Positions 15,195 to 15,635 of a stretch of DNA of 15,635 nt are shown here, piece after piece (positions within the stretch are counted from its first letter, which is position 1; each line of letters begins with the position of its first letter). The notes under the pieces are model-generated. The model searched no databases. It saw nothing but the letters and a program-made list of their open reading frames with translations, and was not told where the DNA came from. The stretch is from assembly GCA_964416845.1 (NCBI GenBank), contig CAYQFV010000023.1:18223-33857 (forward strand), read 5' to 3'. The position numbers and the translations under genes are program-made. The DNA is from an uncultured Phycisphaeraceae bacterium. GTDB lineage: Bacteria > Planctomycetota > Phycisphaerae > UBA1845.

Positions 15195-15635
15195 TCAGAA
15201 GGGCGTACGTCCGCGAATCGCGGATTCAAGCATGGCGACGGTGGCGTATTCCAGCGGGGAGCCGACAGCCAACCCCCTCGCGGGGCGCATGATGCGGACG
15301 CCGAGGTCTTGCAAGGCGCTTTGAAGGTGCAAAGCAGTGCCGTCGCCCTCGAGCGTTGGATTGGTGGCCATCACCACTTCGCGGATGTCGCCCTTCTTGA
15401 CGCGTTGGATGAGGGCGTCGATGGTCAGGTCGTCGGGTTCGATGCCGTCGAGCGGCGCGATGTGGCCCATGAGGACGTGGTAGACGCCGCGGACCAGGCC
15501 GGTCGATTCCAAGGCGATCAGGTCCTTGGGCTGCTCGACTACCCAAATCTCGGCGTGGTCTCGCGACGGGTTGCTGCAGATCGGGCACGGATCCTGCTCG
15601 GTCAGGTTGTAGCAGATGCTGCAATGAAAGACGCT
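15195..15635 (-). CDS. recR: Recombination protein RecR, 3' part (N-terminus lies beyond the window end)
   Basis: An open frame continues to the window edge with no stop. Translation from 15635 downward gives ..FHCSICYNLTEQDPCPICSNPSRDHAEIWVVEQPKDLIALESTGLVRGVYHVLMGHIAPLDG..IREVVMATNPTLEGDGTALHLQ.., i.e. the C4 zinc finger plus the Toprim domain of RecR. The track shows only the part after an internal TTG (15195..15512). Confidence 0.85.
   Translation of the reverse strand, partial: SVFHCSICYNLTEQDPCPICSNPSRDHAEIWVVEQPKDLIALESTGLVRGVYHVLMGHIAPLDGIEPDDLTIDALIQRVKKGDIREVVMATNPTLEGDGTALHLQSALQDLGVRIMRPARGLAVGSPLEYATVAMLESAIRGRTPF

Noticed and set aside
14906-15229. N-terminal extension of rpoN to the TTG at 15229 (a 595-aa version)
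   Set aside because: The extra 108 residues are low-complexity (Arg/Gly/Pro/Ser-rich) and the start is a non-ATG codon. The canonical sigma-54 region I begins exactly at the ATG at 14905.

Overview
This is a GC-rich bacterial chromosomal segment, roughly 63-65% GC judged by eye. Wobble positions are strongly GC-biased and the off-frame and antisense strands carry many long spurious ORFs. Gene content is mostly housekeeping. On the + strand: the 3' part of purL (1-1797), purQ (1802-2572), chorismate synthase aroC (2737-3894) and an orphan membrane-anchored protein (4073-5632). A large secreted M14-family metallopeptidase converges on the - strand (5669-8557). A divergent promoter region follows. 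Back on the + strand there is a translationally coupled pair of an Rrf2-family Fe-S regulator and a hemerythrin-like protein (8763-9691), and then an NfeD-like and flotillin (SPFH) operon (9903-11982) that ends in a clean intrinsic terminator. On the - strand: a CPBP/CAAX-like intramembrane protease (12011-12958), sigma-54 rpoN (13442-14905) and the 3' part of recR (15195-window end). I found no rRNA, tRNA, CRISPR array, transposase or integrase. The most unusual non-coding feature is a compound palindromic element of about 180 bp (13090-13266), lying between rpoN and the CPBP-like gene. It has three copies of a 14-mer, one of which can pair alternatively with either of the other two, nested hairpins and a bracketing 12-bp inverted repeat. 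Other points of interest: an in-frame (GACGTT)n hexanucleotide repeat that encodes a poly(Asp-Val) acidic loop in the NfeD-like protein; short motifs shared by the two intergenic regions flanking aroC; and an atypical rpoN neighbourhood. Every functional call rests on motifs I recognised by eye in the translations. No database search was possible.
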